A stretch of 64,000 bases of DNA, from contig OX597817.1 of assembly GCA_951406725.2 (NCBI GenBank), positions 99,076,001 through 99,140,000 on the forward strand. The letters are read 5' to 3'. The first letter of the stretch is position 1. Each line of letters starts with the position of its first letter. The DNA is from Octopus vulgaris. Taxonomy: Eukaryota. The position numbers were made by a program, and so were the translations under genes. Below the pieces are notes generated by a model. That model worked only from the letters and a program-made list of their open reading frames with translations. It was not told the origin of the DNA and did not search any database. Positions 62,545-64,000 of this stretch are shown here, one piece after another.

Positions 62545-63835
62545 AATATTGTTTTCAAATTTTGGTATAAGGCCAGCAATTTAAGGAGAGAGGATAAGTC
62601 GATTACATTGACCTCAGTATTCAACTGGTACTTAATTTACCAACACCTAAAGGATGAAAGGCAAAATCAACTTTGGCAGAATATAAACTCAGAACATAAT
62701 GACAGATGAACTGCCATTAAGCATTTTGCCCAGCATGCTAATAATTCTGCCAGCTCACCACCTTCTTGAAGGAGAATAATATTAAAACATAATGACGTGT
62801 CACATTTGTTTCCAGTAAGTAAAATATAATTAAGAAACAATTTCAATTGAATATGCAAACATCTTACATATCTATTTCATCAGGAGAATGTGTCCATTGA
62901 TAGTAAAAATGAATAGGAAAAGTTAATAATCTAAACATATAAAATTCAGATATAATTTGAAAATATCATCATTTTCAAATAACTTTCACTCCAGTTTTAA
63001 AGACTCATGGGAATTATATGAAATCATTGATAGCACAAAATTTTGTCAGTGAACAGGTCGCTGTCTCAAAGTGACGAAAATATTTTGGCAAATTAAATTT
63101 AAATGTTGAAGTGAATCTAACGGTTTTTGTGTGTTCTTTAAATGGCTTATAAACACCTTCTACGCTGCAATTATTTTCATTCCAGCACACGATTTCAGAT
63201 CAGGTCACTTGCTATGCAAGTACATCTCTGTAATAATAATAATCCTTTCTACTAAAGGCACAAGGCCTGAAATTTGCAGGGAGGGGACTATTTGATTACA
63301 CTGACTCTAGTGTTTCAGTGGTACTCAATTTATTGACCCTGAAAGAATGAAAGGCAAAGTCAACCTTGGCAGAATTAGAACTCAAAACATAGTGACAGAT
63401 GAAATACTGCAAAGCATTTTGTCCAGTTTGCTAACGATTTTGCCAGCTCGCAGCCTTAAATAATAGTAATAATAATGATTTCAAATTTTGGTATAAAGCC
63501 AGCAAGTCCAAGGGATGGAGTAAGTTGATTACATCAACCTGTGGTTAACTGATAATTTTATTGAACCTGAAAAGATGAAAGGCAAAGTCGATTTTGGTGG
63601 AATTAATAATAGTAATAATAATAACAATAATAAAAATAACAACACAAACAATAACAATGGTTTCAAATTTTGGCACAAGGCCAGCAATTTTGGGGGAGAG
63701 AACAAGTTGATTGCTCAACTGACTCTGAAAGAATAAAAGGCAATGTCAACCCCAGTGGCATTTGAATTCAGAATGTAAGGTTGGAAGAAATGCAGCTAAG
63801 CATTCTTTTCTAGTGTGGTAATGATTCTGCCAGAT
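62545..63835 (-). mobile_element. Cluster of four diverged copies of a third SINE family (~62545-62765, 63240-63460, 63475-63600, 63655-63835)
   Basis: Minus-strand head GGTGAGCTGGCAGAA.., core TTGACTTTGCCTTTCATC, tail (TTA)n. Confidence 0.7.
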
Positions 63836-64000
63836 CGTCATCATCGTCGTCGTCAATAAGAAGAAGAAGAATTTCTTAATTTTACATGGCACCTTCAAAC
63901 TAAAAGGAGGGTAATATAGAGGTGGTGTTATGGTAGGTCCTTTCCCAAAATTGTAGCACCAAAAAAGTGAAATTGCTTCAAGCAAGAATCAGCATCAGAC

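Noticed and set aside
62830-62892. Minus-strand CTGATGA-hairpin-GAAA
   Set aside because: Stem II is plausible, but no stem III or stem I partner could be found.

Overview
Eukaryotic, AT-rich, gene-poor repeat DNA. The SINE families and microsatellites suggest an octopus or other cephalopod genome (inference). No host gene could be supported. The window is a mosaic of decayed and nested transposons: five Ty3/Gypsy-type LTR elements, a solo LTR, RTE/L1-Tx1/RLE LINE fragments, Penelope-like element (PLE) fragments, five Tc1/mariner copies, a MULE, a piggyBac-like MITE and tRNA-derived SINEs. One LTR element is very young and carries an unusual intact ~630-aa ORF. The main hidden signal is non-coding: about a dozen type I minimal hammerhead ribozyme (HHR) motifs from at least eight apparently different short sequence families, nearly all next to (TA)n arrays. 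Many are fold-back palindromes, and one is a ~537-nt partial-tandem, retrozyme-like unit. One copy is physically linked to a PLE GIY-YIG C-terminus. Together this suggests a diverse set of HHR-bearing PLE ends or PLE-mobilised non-coding elements that insert at TA microsatellites. All folds and alignments were read by eye, and coordinates of old repeats are approximate.
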